In this document: positions 40,907 to 53,900 of the stretch, piece by piece
Layout: each line of letters starts with the position of its first letter
How positions within the stretch are numbered: the stretch's first letter is position 1
Source: Octopus bimaculoides
Taxonomy: Eukaryota
Assembly (NCBI RefSeq): GCF_001194135.2
Contig: NC_068982.1
Location: 174,754,231-174,818,230, forward strand
Direction of reading: 5' to 3'
Length of the DNA stretch: 64,000 nt
Translations under genes and position numbers: made by a program
Notes under the pieces: generated by a model
What the model was told of the DNA's origin: nothing
Databases searched by the model: none
The model's input: only the letters and a program-made list of their open reading frames with translations

Positions 40907-41369
40907 CACACGCACGCGCACGCACGCACACACACACACACACAAACGTACATGCACACACAAGCACGAATCCAGGAAAAATGTCAAATGAAAGATGTCG
41001 CAAAAAATTTCAATAAATAACTTAATACTACTTTTTTTTTTCCCAATTATTTCTTTTAAACAAATTGAATGAAACGTGATAGTTTACGCTTGCATGATAT
41101 GCCATGTTAAAAATCATGCTATCATACTGTTTAGGTGATGTATTGTCAGTAAATTAACGGTTTAAAATACCATTTATGTAATGACTTTATTATCTATGAT
41201 ATATAAATGAGAGAATATTTTTTCCTAATATTATTTCTCATAACCAAAATTGTGACTGTTTCTTTTTTCTGTGAATTTCTATCATTCGTTGTTTCTATTT
41301 TACTTTGTCTAAGATAACAACACAAAATATGCTTTTAAACTGTACACACACGCACGCACACACAAACAT

Positions 41370-41405
<36 letters not shown>

Positions 41406-41814
41406 CATTCATTTAAAATACAGAGATGCCTATAATAGGACATCTGACCCGCTAGAAAGAGCAGCAAAAAACTCTATACCACAAAAATAGGAATAATTTC
41501 GAAAGGGAATGAAAAATAAAAACATTTACCAATCTATATTCCGTACCATGGTTTCAAGTTATTTTAGCAAGATAAAAATATACCTTACAAGGTCAAACTA
41601 TCTTCAGCGGAATAACCAGATTACATATAAACACGAGTCATAGGAAAGATGGCTTATGTTTATATGTTATTTTTTCAAAATTTACCGCGCATGTGCGCTT
41701 TACCTTATCGGCAGCAGTGCTTTGAACGTGTATGTATGAATGTGTGTAGCTCTCACTCTCTCTCTCTCTTTCTTTGTACATGCACACACACTCACACATG
41801 CACGCGCACATATG

Positions 41815-41950
41815 TATCACAGTGTAGATTTACAAAGAAGAGGAGCGCGGTCATCATGATCTTTATAATTCGGCAGCTCCAGGAAAAGTACCAGGAGCAA
41901 CTTCATGAACTTTTTGTGACTTCTCCAACGTATCGTATTTTACACTGCAA
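41815..41950 (+). mobile_element. Short RTE LINE RT fragment
   Basis: RFTKKRSAVIMIFIIRQLQEKYQEQ matches GFR.GRST.DMIF..RQLQEK..EQ. Confidence 0.6.
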
Positions 41951-42439
41951 AAGGATTTGTTATGGGATGTCCATCTCAGCTAACATCTTCCTCTAGTTCT
42001 ACGAGACGAGTGCTTGTGTGAGTATAGTAGGAGAAAAGTTTGAGCCCTTTCTTTTAAGCGCATGGGTAATATAGCACCAGAACACTTTAGACATAGGCGC
42101 ATACATACACACACGTACATACATACACTCTTAAACTTCGGTTTTTCTTTAGTATTCCTGTTGTTTTAGGTCGATGTATAGATGTATGCATATATGTATG
42201 TATACTGTAAAGTGTTAATATGTATGTTTAATATATAATAAATATATGTTAGTGTTATATAATTTCTGAATGGTTTTGCTGCCATTTGTTTATGTAGTTT
42301 CATTTCTTTATCCATCAGTTTCTACTAAGATAGAGATGCGAGTAAAATTAAAAATAGAGAAACGAAAATGAAACTTTGGACACAGCCTCTAGGGAGATAA
42401 CTGAGAAAGACTTGAAAGTCAATATAAGATCGTAATCAT

Positions 42440-42650
42440 GTAAAGTAAATATAACAAATAATCCAGAATCCTTGTCCGGTACCGGATCGATCCCAAAATC
42501 TAATCAGTTCGTGCTTGTAACGAGGCCAAACATCTCTGAAAGTTTCATCCAAATCCATGCAGCGGTTCTTGAGGTATCTTGTCCACAGACAAATAAACAA
42601 ACACGACGGAAAATAATACCTCCGCCTTCGCTAAGGCGGAGGTAAAAATG
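42440..42650 (+). mobile_element. Non-autonomous Helentron/DINE-1-like (HINE) element, 3-prime part
   Basis: Core ccagaatcc..ccggatc..cccaaaatctaatcagttc..aagtttcatccaaatcc, an acagacaaa-type tract and a perfect 12-bp hairpin TACCTCCGCCTT-cgct-AAGGCGGAGGTA (42617-42644). Confidence 0.7.
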
Positions 42651-42689
42651 GGCATAACATTTTTTTTATTAACTGACATAGGTCGTTCA

Positions 42690-44100
42690 AGTTGCACATA
42701 TTTGTAGAGCAAATCTTCCTCTATACAACGGTACTACTCAGCCTAGTCTCAATCACAAGTGACGCATTTTCGGCATCGTTGGACACTTCTCTAGAATCGT
42801 CTTTGAAAAATTTCAGGTGTGCACTCTTGTAGCCACTTCATCACAGCCACTTTCAACTTGTCTGCATCGACAAACCATTGTCCTTGAAGACCGTCCTTCA
42901 TTGGATCGAATAGGTGAAAGTCGAAAACACCAGATTCTGACTGTACGGTGGATGTGGGACCAGTTTGCCAATTGCTTGATTTATCGCTAAAGGTGTGTGT
43001 AGTCGTACATAGTCATAAGGAATGTGAATAATTTTCAGATTCTCGATTAGTCTCTTCTTAATGGCTTCTCTAAGCTTTTTTAGTGTTTCAATGTACTGCT
43101 TGCAGTTCACGGTACAGTAACGTTCCAGAAACATGGTTTTTAGACTTCCTAGGCCTTGCAGAAGATGTGTGCCATACAGTAGAGTGAGTCTGCTAAGCCT
43201 TTGTTTCTGTATCATAAAGTTAAGGCTACGTTTCATTCCGACACCAGATCGACAAAAATAAAAACGTGTTAATGACTTTATAGGAAAGTGGTTATACACC
43301 ATTAGGTGTACACCTGCTTTCCTATATTAAATTCTAAATAATAACGGAACGCAGAACTCTGAACTATCAACACAGCAATATTTATTTATGGAGGAAATAG
43401 GCAGCCTTAATCTTGGTTGCTGAGACGACTTCTGTGAGAGAGCATGGTTGCTGAGACGTTGGAATGTTGGAATGTTGGAATGAGCTGTCCCCAGAGTTGA
43501 GATGCTGGAGAGACAGCTTGACCCGTCCATGCTCATGGCCGGCCGACCGAGAAAGAGAATGAATTGAGCGGGAACGTTTAGATGTTGAATTCCACGCATG
43601 CGCATGAGACTCTTCCAGTGTTCCTTCCGGAACTATTCCCTGCGCATGCGTAGATGAAAACGCAGTAATGGCGACTGTATCTTGGCGCCAAATGACGTCA
43701 CTACAACTTCAAGCGCTTCCAGCAGATCAGACCAGCCTGCCATCCTTTTTTTCTTCAAGTCGAGTGTCAACTGCTGAGGAGCCCTCTTTGCATACACTTT
43801 CCGATATCTAAAGTCTTCCACCATTTCCGGTTATATACAGTGATAACATTCCAATTGCACCGCGATTTCACAAACTATGACTCATCTGTTCGCGCAAATC
43901 ATTTCGTCCAAACGCTGGCGGGTTTTGTTTGTGGTCGCAGTTGATGGTTTCTCACTGCGTGGTTTGTATACAAGGTTGTCCCCCGCACCTTTCTTTGGAT
44001 TTCTTCATGCATCTCTGCATCTTGTTCTTGACAATGGATTTATTTCCGTTAACAACTTGTAGTTGTTTGTGACTTTCGGACAGCCTGCAACCCTCTTTCG
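42690..44100 (-). mobile_element. mariner transposase pseudogene interrupted by a solo LTR
   Basis: Ordered remnants PRS.KPSTAT.., YRKVYAKRAPQQLT.DLKKKRM..LL, FLS....NET..LYDTETK, TVNCKQYIETLKKLREAIK, HPPYS and HLFDPMKDGL.G. Confidence 0.85.
43279..43705 (-). mobile_element. Solo LTR, 427 bp, inserted in the mariner ORF
   Basis: On -, TGTAG...CTA(T)A, with 4-bp TSD ACTT at 43275-43278 and 43706-43709 and AATAAA about 100 bp before the 3-prime end. The mariner reading resumes across the junction. Confidence 0.82.
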
Positions 44101-44704
44101 TTAACAATTCGATGACAGCAAGTTACTTCTGCTTGGAACCCATTATTTTTCTGCAATATAGAAGACTAAAAATGCGAGTTACCATAGAGAAAGAGTTACT
44201 CTCCCATCATGTGCAATTTGAACAACCAATGTTAATTTTAGAAAAAGTTATGTACACTTCTGCATTATCTTTCTTTTTTTTTTGTGCAACCCACATGTGC
44301 GCGCGTACTGTGTAAAGCCTCCTTTCATTAGCACCCGCCTTTGAGTTCGTCAGAAAAGTAACCCACTGCTTTAGGAAGCTAGGCCGGAGTGTTACATAGC
44401 AACATACTATCTGACTAAAACCTGTAATCTCACAAGTAGAAAATAGTCGATAAATAAGAATACATTTGCTTGGATTTTATAATTATGGAGGGGGGATAAC
44501 TCATAAAGTATTTGGGAGTAATTTCTTTGGTAACAGTGGCTTTAACCTATAAGTCTAAATTATAAATTCTTTTTGGAGTTAAGTACTGAAAACATGTTCT
44601 CTGCAAAGACTAAATATCTATTTGTCCATTTAATACGGCAACTAGGTGTATTTTTCCCAATAGACTTTCAATATTTCAAGCCTGGTGTTGTTCCATAAAT
44701 CTAA

Positions 44705-44778
<74 letters not shown>

Positions 44779-45550
44779 ACGCTCTCTCTCTCTTTCTTTC
44801 TCTTTCTATACATATATACATATGTGCGTGTGTGTATGTAAGTCGTCTAAGAGTCCATAAGTCAGGAAAAAAATTCACTCGTATGTCTACCTACCCTAAC
44901 TAACACACACGCACGCGCGCACATTCGTTTCTACTGATTGATATATAGATAGCGAAACAAAGCAGGAGAGTTACTTCGTAAAATATCTAGTTACTAGAGA
45001 TTATTAGTAAATATATAGTTAAAAAATTATTTTACGAACAAACTCCCGTTTTGGCTTGCTTGCTATTGGTACTCTGAGACCTACCCAACTACGGAGTCCA
45101 ACCAAATAGAACTCGGAGTATAATACGAGTCCTTCTCGCAGTTTTTTCTTTTGAATATGCAGGAATACATCTGTTATTCAAAATAATGGTTATTTGTCAT
45201 GCGATTTAAATTCAGAACAGTAGTAGGCATCTGTCGATCTCGAGAGGCCAGCACACCACACACATACGTTGTGTGTGTGTGTCTGGGTGCGTGTGCGCGC
45301 ACCGAGCATGTATGTATGCATGTACGTATATATATATATTCGGTGAACGCATTTGAAATAACATTAAACCAAAATCACAACCTGCGTATCATACTAAATG
45401 TATTATACACACCGTTCAAAGGCAGGATACCGTGGTTTTTGTCAAAGGAAAGAATCCTTTTATAAACATATTGAATTGAAAAAAACAAAAAAAAAAACAA
45501 TATAGATATCGGAGTGAAGCGAACAACGTTGCAACTGTGACACATGAGGA

Positions 45551-45590
45551 CGACTGACGCGTTTCGCCCTAATTGGGTCTCATCAATCCC
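45551..45590 (-). ncRNA. Degenerate minimal hammerhead ribozyme motif
   Basis: On -: (T)TGATGA GACCCAATTAGGGC GAAA CGCGTC. GAAACGCGTC is the usual PLE minimal-hammerhead signature, but C3 is replaced by T and stem I is only partial. Confidence 0.55.
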
Positions 45591-46699
45591 GTGCACCTGT
45601 TTGTCACTTGCTAATACGAAATTCGTTCTTTGATATGTAGGAAACAGTGAATAATACATTCACTGGTATAGTAGAAAGCTTACCAAGCTTTAAAAACAAA
45701 TTAGTGGATACATCTGAAACAGCATTAAATTTAAAACACCATCTTAATATGTATATATATTTACACTAAATATATGTACGCAAATTGAAAGGCATAATGC
45801 TATGGATTTTATCTGAGAGAAAATCTTTTCGTATACGTGCTATTGCGATTTAAATTTGAAGCTGTTTCAATTGCGTTCGTCAAGTTTAGGAGTTTAAACT
45901 AAAAATGAACGTAAATTAACCGGAAATGACGACAGTGAAATCCGATACTTTTAATATAAATGATTTATGTAACATTATCAATGTATATAACGTGAATCGA
46001 TAAGAACAACGCCACTTCTTCCCGTCGATTCTTTCTTTACAGCTCAGCAGTCATGCAGGATTATTGCATTGCTCAGATGTAACTTTATTGGCCATTATGC
46101 GTTGACATACATGCCTCTGAATTGCCTTTATAGTAGTGTTCGTTGTTGATATAGTACGTTAGTGCACCTCGGCTGTAATTTCAGAAATACTTAAGCTATC
46201 ACGTGAAAGCGCTACACCTGTAGTTACCTGTGGACGCCGCATAATGAACGACTTCTGATAATATAAGTAAGGGATTTCACAAGTTCTCTTTATGTCCTCT
46301 TAATGAAATTATGGGATGCAACCGTTGCGCTTCCAGTCAATTTACCTCCATTTTTTAAAATCCCTAAACTGCATATTAACTGAGTGTTCGTAGTTGTTGA
46401 GGACTAAACTGTTTTCTGGTTCTGAGTAGAATGGCTAGTTCTTGCTGCTATGTGAAAAGGAGCGTTCGTCCGGAGAAATCCTTCGTGATGATGCGGTCTG
46501 GTATATGTGGAAAACAAGATACTTTGCGCTCTATCCTATCAGTTCTAGGTGTCCCAGAATCCCTTGTATCAATGAGCCACGTGTTTTATGAACGCACTGT
46601 CGTTGTCAATGTGAAAAGTTGTTCTCCTTTGACGTACACAGCAGCAACTAGCGTAATTGTGTTTCAGTCTACTAGAACGTATTAAGAATCTTTTCTACT

Positions 46700-46830
46700 G
46701 TAGACACAAGGCCTGAAATTGTGGGAGAGGGGGATAGTCGATTACATCGACCCCAGTGCGTAACTGGTACTTAGTCAATCGACCCCGAAAGGATGAAAGG
46801 CAAAGTCGTCCTCGGCGGAATTTGAAGAAT
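46700..46830 (-). mobile_element. SINE family A, 3-prime part, CpG-rich
   Basis: Reverse complement of the family A core. Confidence 0.8.
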
Positions 46831-47065
46831 GCATTAAGAATAAGCATACAAATCATCGTAATGAATTTCTTAGATTGAGAGAATACTACACACGTTATTT
46901 CAATATGTTTTCTTTTATTATTTACTGTAAGAAATTGCTGCAAATATCTACGAATTTAATTTTGACGTTGGTGATACAGAAATAATATTTTCTTTTTAAT
47001 CATAGTGTGTGTCGTTTTAAAAATCAAATATGTGTCGAACATTTTGAAACGGAGGACATTATTAA

Positions 47066-47370
47066 TCAGTACGGTTTAACATAATAGTTGTATGGTTTGA
47101 AATTATAGTTTGAGGTTGGAGCTTGCATCTTCAGTCTGTGGTCAAGGTCCCTGATATTCAGATCATCATATTTGACACTGAAATCCTCATCTAAGCTGGA
47201 CTCGTCGAAATTAAGAGCGCGAAACGTGTAGTTGCTGGGCAAAACATGAGATCCAGTTGTTTCCAAGGGATCAGTACTCAAAATTAGATTTGTATTCATG
47301 TGATTGACATTCGAAAGTTCTTCTTCTGAATCATTTGCTTCAGCTTGAAGTTCTTCTTCACGTGTTCGAT
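47066..47370 (-). CDS. NRL protein, last coding exon ((D)RTREEELQAEANDSEEEL...NFKPYNYYVKPY*)
   Basis: Acceptor taattttccag|, phase 1, open to a stop at 47066. The three exons total 1237+267+305=1809 nt = 602 aa + stop. Confidence 0.8.
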
Positions 47371-47729
47371 CTGGAAAATTATTTAATATAAATATTGATT
47401 AGGGTTTATAGTTTGTTTCATTAAATTTAAGATTTAAAACGCATGACTATTTCTATGTTCGACGTTATTTCTAAGAATAATTTTGATCTGCAATCGACAA
47501 TATGACGACGTACAGGTGGTGAAAACTAGACTGTAAAATTACTGCAGGATTGATTATTCGACCTACATTTTGATTTTTCATCTTCCAAGTGTTGAAACGA
47601 TTAATGATTATTGGTTTCCATGCTAAAAAATTTAATGTAAGGAGTGGTAAGTGCAATAACAGTAGATGCAAACACGAATTAGTAGTAGTAGTATAGGCGG
47701 CAGCAGCAGCAGCCGCCGTCGTCGTCGTC

Positions 47730-47785
<56 letters not shown>

Positions 47786-49893
47786 TTCGCCACGAGATCG
47801 ATGAGCGAGAGATTACAAGGATTGAGAACAAATTTCTGTGATGGGGTTACAACCAGTTTGAAAAAAAGAAAAAAAAAACAGGCATGTGAAAATAATATAA
47901 GCATGCACATGAAAAGGAAAAACTCCACTAGAGAAGCATATATCTATGACCAACCATGAAATTTTACGGATTCAGGATTACTCTGACTTCCAAGAGCAAA
48001 TTCTCTCTCTTTCTCAGTCGTAGACTCCGGCCTACTGAGAGCAGAAGCCCCAATCACCTAGGTTACACTTGCTACCCTCTCAACATTTTAGTAGGTAAGG
48101 ACGACCCTTTACACCAACTTCACATTCTCTTTGTGGTACTCGAAAACGTTGATGAGAACTTGACCGGAGACGAAGGCTCTTGTCGTCAGACCTCTCGATG
48201 TTGTCCTTCACACAAGCATTTTCACTATAGATATTAGAGAGGAAACAACATTTCCTTCCTTGTACTCATCACAAAAGATGGTAAAGCGATCTTGATGATG
48301 GATGACACGTGACAACAGTTGTCCGACATAATTCCACAACTCAGCAATGTTCAGACACATAACGAGTGCATGTAGAAAGATTTCATCATCACTTCGGACG
48401 TGTCTATAGAGTTTATCCTGGACCTACAAGTGTAATGGTGACCCAGTCGAAAGCTTTAGAATGACCTTAATTTATTACAACCCTACACAAGACAGATCTA
48501 TCACCAACCTTCTCTACTAATGTGTAGCTTGAGTTAGAAATGGAATGGATCCGCAGGAATCACAGTTATGAGTGGTGTAGATGACGGATAAAATATCTAA
48601 CTTTGCATTCAGCCGAGTAATGGATTAAAAATCTTCAATGGCGTCTCTCTTGTTGACGTCTTTCCTTGGTAGCTCTACCACTCACCGCTCTACATATTTG
48701 GGAATTCACCTCGTTTGCGGCCAGTTGCAATGGACATCTGCTAAGATAATAGGTAACACACCTCACGAATTCTAGTTGCTGATATCGTCTTTTCTCAATG
48801 CTCCAACTCGTGACAACCATCAAGGTAGGCACTAAGTTCACCTTCTTCACTCAACCGCTTCCCTAAAACAGTCGAGAAGTGTCACTAAATAAACTACACT
48901 CACCTGTCTGACATCCATTGTTGTCTGTGGAAGACTGAATTTCTTCTCATATGGGCAGAGAGTCTGCCGGATTTATCCAACGGTTTTCGCCTTCATGTGT
49001 TTAAGAGCATGTATCTTTACTCCAATAACGCAGCTTTTATGTTTTATGTTAATGAAATGATCGAGTGATAATCCAGTAACAAGCACATCGATTGCGAAGC
49101 TTTTTCTAACAGCCTCTTCTAAACAGTTTACATTCTCTCCTCCTAGTGATTTGAATTCCAAGCCGGTTCCAGGCCACATGGAACTAACTCTTTGCGACAG
49201 GCTACATTGAGAAAAAAAGTGGGGACGACCACTTATATTGTTCCATGAGGCCGAATAATCGGGTGGGGGTGCGCTCTTGAAGTGTTTATCCAAATTTCAA
49301 ATTTTTAAAAATTAGCAAAACAATTTCACCCACTTAAAAGATTTGGAAGAAATCTGGCTATTATTTCGACCTGACCAAAAGACTACCAAGAAGCTCCTTT
49401 ATTTTTCGGTTCATAGTGCCAAGCTACTAAAAAATAAATATGGATCCCTTCGACATGACTAGAGTCAAAAGTAACATTCCCAGAAGAAAATGAAGTTTGC
49501 ATAAATACTTACTAAAATGCTTGATGGGAGGGGGAGAGAATATCTATAGATTGTAAATGTCAAGAGAATAGTTTTTAGATTCCTCGTGTCGTCTGTGATG
49601 CTCACCGATCATTTCTGTTACAACAGTTGCAGTATTTCCTCATGTATCAACTTAATTTGGGAGGAATTTTTTCTCTGTTCCTACTAACTCTTTTCTTCCT
49701 TTCTTGACATTTCTCTTTCCCTTTCTGTCTCTCCCCCATCCTCTTTCTCTCTCTTCTTCAGTGTGTGTGTGTGTGTCTGTGACTGCGTCTGTGTGTCTGT
49801 CTGTCGTTTTCTGTCTGTCTGTCTCTCGCTCTCTCTCTCTCGTTCTCGTATGCCTTACACACTTTAACCTTCATACATACACATTTTACTTAC

Positions 49894-50160
49894 CCGATGA
49901 CTGGACCCTTAAATAATCCCCGGCAATAAACGAACCACTTCCGCTGGTTACCGGAACTCTGTCGTTTTCAGCCTTTCTGCTTTTTTCAAGGTGTTCAATA
50001 GTCTGCCGAAGTCTTTTACATAGGTTAACTGCAGCTCTAGCAATGTACTTTGAGGGAATGATGCTTTTGTCCAAAGATTTTTCTAATGCTGCTTCACTGA
50101 AAGCACTCCAATCCACTGATTTGATAAGCGACGTGCGTTCCTCTTTAGTCATCGCTTGTT
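49894..50160 (-). CDS. NRL protein, second coding exon ((E)QAMTKEERTSLIKSVDWSAFSEAALEKSLDKSIIPSKYIARAAVNLCKRLRQTIEHLEK...VQSS)
   Basis: Acceptor ttctcttcctag| and donor TCGG|gtaagt; 267 nt, phase 1 to 1. It continues the NPH3 domain end (compare LSE.ER..LC..MDC.KLS.EAC.HAAQNERLPLR) into a coiled-coil-like stretch. Confidence 0.88.
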
Positions 50161-52349
50161 CTAGGAAGAGAAGAGAGAAAGTGAGAAGAAAGGTAACGGT
50201 GAGGGGGGAAAGGGAAGTTTGAAGAAGACTTTGGTGAATATAAAGAGAAATGTGGAGAAGGAGGGTTATAAGGAGAAGGGGAGAAAAGGAAGAAGAAGGA
50301 GAAGAAATAAGGAGAAGGGAAGAAGAAGAAGAAGAAGAAGAAGAAGAAGAAGAAGAAGAAGAAGAAGAAGAAGAAGAAGGTGATGATGTTGTAGGCAATG
50401 CTATTTGAAACAAGTTCGTTTCGCTCGCAAAATATTAGCTGGGATTCAACTACAGTTATCTCCCCTGTCGAATGTTCTAGAACCTTCCAAGCAACAGTGT
50501 TTATCCCCCTTCCTTTGCAAGTATACAAGGCATAACTGCTAAACAACACACAGAGGGGTAATAGAAGCAATATCGTCTACTTAAGAGCGAATTCCAATTG
50601 AATCGCTTCTTCTCTAAGACGCGGCGAGGTCAACATCAGAGAGAGAGAGAGAGAGAGAGAGCCAGGTATAAGGATTCGATATTCTCTCTCATCAGCAACT
50701 CGCTATGGTATTCTTCACCTAGTGCCTGTCTGGAAGTAATTTTTGTAGTTTGAATTCTTCCTATTTTCTCACTGTCATCGTAGAATATGGCAAGATGTTC
50801 AGAATCTTTAACTTCAATCCCAGATAACCTGACTGAACTTTATGTACTCACAGTACGAATTCGTTTATTACGCATCTGAATAAAACATGATACGAAGTTG
50901 TTCACCCACTGATACAAGTGTTTATTGTCCCTTACTGCAGCACAGGAATAATACAGCCATTGAATTAATGACTCGGTGCAGTCGTTAAAGTAGTGATATC
51001 TTCATTAGCGACTTCCTTCGCTAAAATGAAGACTACGAAATTTAGGGATGAGGAAATAGGGAAGATCCTTATTAGTTTGTATTTTCTCAACAGATACTAT
51101 TGAATGAAAACACAATCGACCGCCGTAGGATTTGAAATCGTTAAATATGAGGCTTCGATATTGGTAATATGATACATTTTGAATGGAACTTATATACTGG
51201 TCTTATTCAACTAATCTGTCATGTAGACAAGTTCTGTGTTATAGACATATTGCAATTCTTCATTTCTCCTCCTGAAAAAAAAACTATTCAGGCATACATG
51301 GTTAGTTCAATTGTATACGAAACCGAGGTCAACTCTTTTCTGCCAAATAACGAAACTGAAAGGAAAAATGTATCAGACAATGCGGAAACGAAAAAGATAC
51401 GCCGACCATCAGTCTTCTTTCTGACACGTAGGCAAGAAGAAAAGCACTAAGCTACTAGCTACATCGGTGATCTGAAAGCCAAACGTACCCACCATACAGC
51501 ATCGAGTGGAACATCGGTGAGAGATCTACGCCACACATGAATGGGTCAAGTAAGTACAGACTTTGTAAAACTGAAAGAACACACATCCTTTTTAAGTCTA
51601 AGGACTCCACCGACCTGGTCTTTTATGGCATTTGACTCAACTCCTACTTTTAGGTTCAAAATCTCAGCTCAACTAAATTTGTCTCTGTAAGTTAATAAAT
51701 ATATGATGTGTTTGGATTTATTCCACTGACTAACATTCTCTTTACAAGAAAAAATCTCAGCTTGAACCCACTCAAAAGTAATTGTTGGGTGTATATGTGC
51801 TAGAAAGATCGAATGTTTTATTCTAAATAATCATGTGTTAGAAAGATCGAATAAACAGTTTATTTAAAAGCTAGGAAAAAATCCACACCTCGCCCAATCT
51901 CCCACAACATTGTAAATATTATCACAAGTGCATACGTTGACATATCGATTGCTTCAACAAGTAGAAAAGTTATCAGTGAAAATCCGTGCCCCGTGTCCGA
52001 AGTGTCAAGCTAAATAAATTTACAACTGCAAAGCTGATTAGGGATATTATTGCAAAAAAACAAACATGGCTTAATTCATAAAATCCTCTAAATTCAGAGC
52101 TCAGATGATTTAAGTGATTGTCTTAGTAGTTAGAGGTTGAAAAGTTTGTTTATAATATCGTTATCGCAGTGAGCTGTTGTTTGTAATTAATGAAGGGGTG
52201 ACAAGGGGAGATTCTGTTTTGATACTTAGCTTCAGATTAGAGGCTCAAATATTTAGTCACTATCCATATCGGATCCATATTGAAAACAAAGTGTTTCTGT
52301 ATCTCAGATTGAGTGTATATCACTTGTTGAGGTTCTATTATAAGACCTT

Positions 52350-53680
52350 TGGAAAAATATGTTCTCCTTCTACGTAACGAATGGGTATAGTGGATCCCTC
52401 ACTTCTTCCTTGAAACAGCAGTTCGAGTTGTTCGAATCTACCTCAACCACTGTTCATCTCAGGTGGGTCATCAGCTCAACCCCGAACAATGGTCAACAAC
52501 CTAACTTAAAGAAGGCTGTTGACGCCAAATTCAACGCATCTGACATTAAATGTGGCTGTTCGCCTTCTTTCCTAGCTGTCCTCCCTCGTCGTGTGTACCA
52601 CAGACTCCCTTAACCAACTGAAGGAGAAACATCCTCCGTCCACTCCAGGTGATCATCTACACTGGCCCTACCTACCAAGTTTTCTACAACCCATCTTTAC
52701 CCCTGACAATGTTAGGAGGGCAATTACCTCTTTTCCAGCAGGTTCTGGCGCTGGGATCGATGGCTTACGATCTCAGCATCTCAAGGATGGTATCTCCTTG
52801 TCAGCTGGCGATGCTGGGCTCGAACTTTTGGAGAACCTAACACAGTTCATAAACTTGTTCTCGTCCGAGAGTGTCCTTGCTTACATTCGTCCCATGTTCT
52901 TTGAGGTTAAACTATTTGGTCTCACCAAGCCCAACGATGACCTCTGCCCCCAAAGCAGTTGGTTGTACTCTGCGACGGCTCACGACAAGAGTGTGCCTAT
53001 CCTCAGTTTCTAACTGCCTAACCGAAGAATTTTCCCCTATTCAGCTAGGAATGGGTACTAAGCTAGGTTGTGAGGTTGCCACTCATTCCACCAGGGCTTG
53101 CTCTCTGAGTCCCCAAAGGTCATCCTCAAACTTAACCTTAAGAATGCTTCTAACTCCATCAGTCGAGATGTCACCCTCCGCGCAGTAAGGGAGAATTCCC
53201 CACCATTTTATCATTTTGCTTGGCAAGCCTATTGGGAGCCCTCCTTCTCGTTTGGTGATCACCTCATCTCATCTGCCTCTGGAGTCCAACAGGGTAATAC
53301 ATTTGGTCCTGCCCTATTCGCATTAGGTATTGATGATATTACCAAGATGGGAACCGACCTAGATCTAAATGTCTGGTACCTCGATGATGTTTGTTTGGGA
53401 GGCCTTCCTGACAAGGTGCTTACAACAGCGAGGACGATGATCGAGGAACTTAGTCGTAGAGGTCTTAGCGTTAACAGCTCCAAATGCAAGCTCTGGCTCC
53501 TCAACCACCCAGCTTCGCATGAGCAGTCTATCACACTATTTGTTGACTCCCTCCCCCTCAATCGCGATTCCTCCTTCATCAGTGTGGTGCTCCCTTGGAG
53601 ACTCAATTACTGACCTAGCTATCGAATCCATCTTTAGATCCAAAATGGCTAACCTCGAACAACTTAAAAAAAAACCTTGA
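52350..53680 (+). mobile_element. CRE-clade non-LTR retrotransposon RT region, frameshifted and truncated
   Basis: SFPAGSGAGIDGLRSQHLKD, AVGCTLRRL, QLGMGTKLGCEVATHSTR, KLNLKNASNSISR, SGVQQGNTFGPALF, WYLDD and GLSVNSSKC are RT subdomains in the CRE/SLACS style. Confidence 0.8.
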
Positions 53681-53900
53681 AGTAACTGAGCCCCACCAAG
53701 TTTTTTTTTATACTTTGGAATTACTTGTCAATTCCTAAGCTATTATATTTTGTTTAAGTGAAATAAATATTAACAGTGGATATTAGCTATGGGCATGAAA
53801 ATATGATATGAGAAAGTATAGTCAGAGAATCTTATTTGTTTTGTGCCATTCTTGACTGAAGATATAGCTTTTAGAAGCAACGTCGCCAGGTTTGTATAAA

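Noticed and set aside
48973-49293. 106-aa - strand ORF and a nearby acceptor-like site in NRL intron 2
   Set aside because: In the phase required by exon 2 it stops after about 19 codons, and the ORF has no recognisable homology. The surrounding 48.0-49.3 kb may be a decayed LTR-element interior, but I could not support that.
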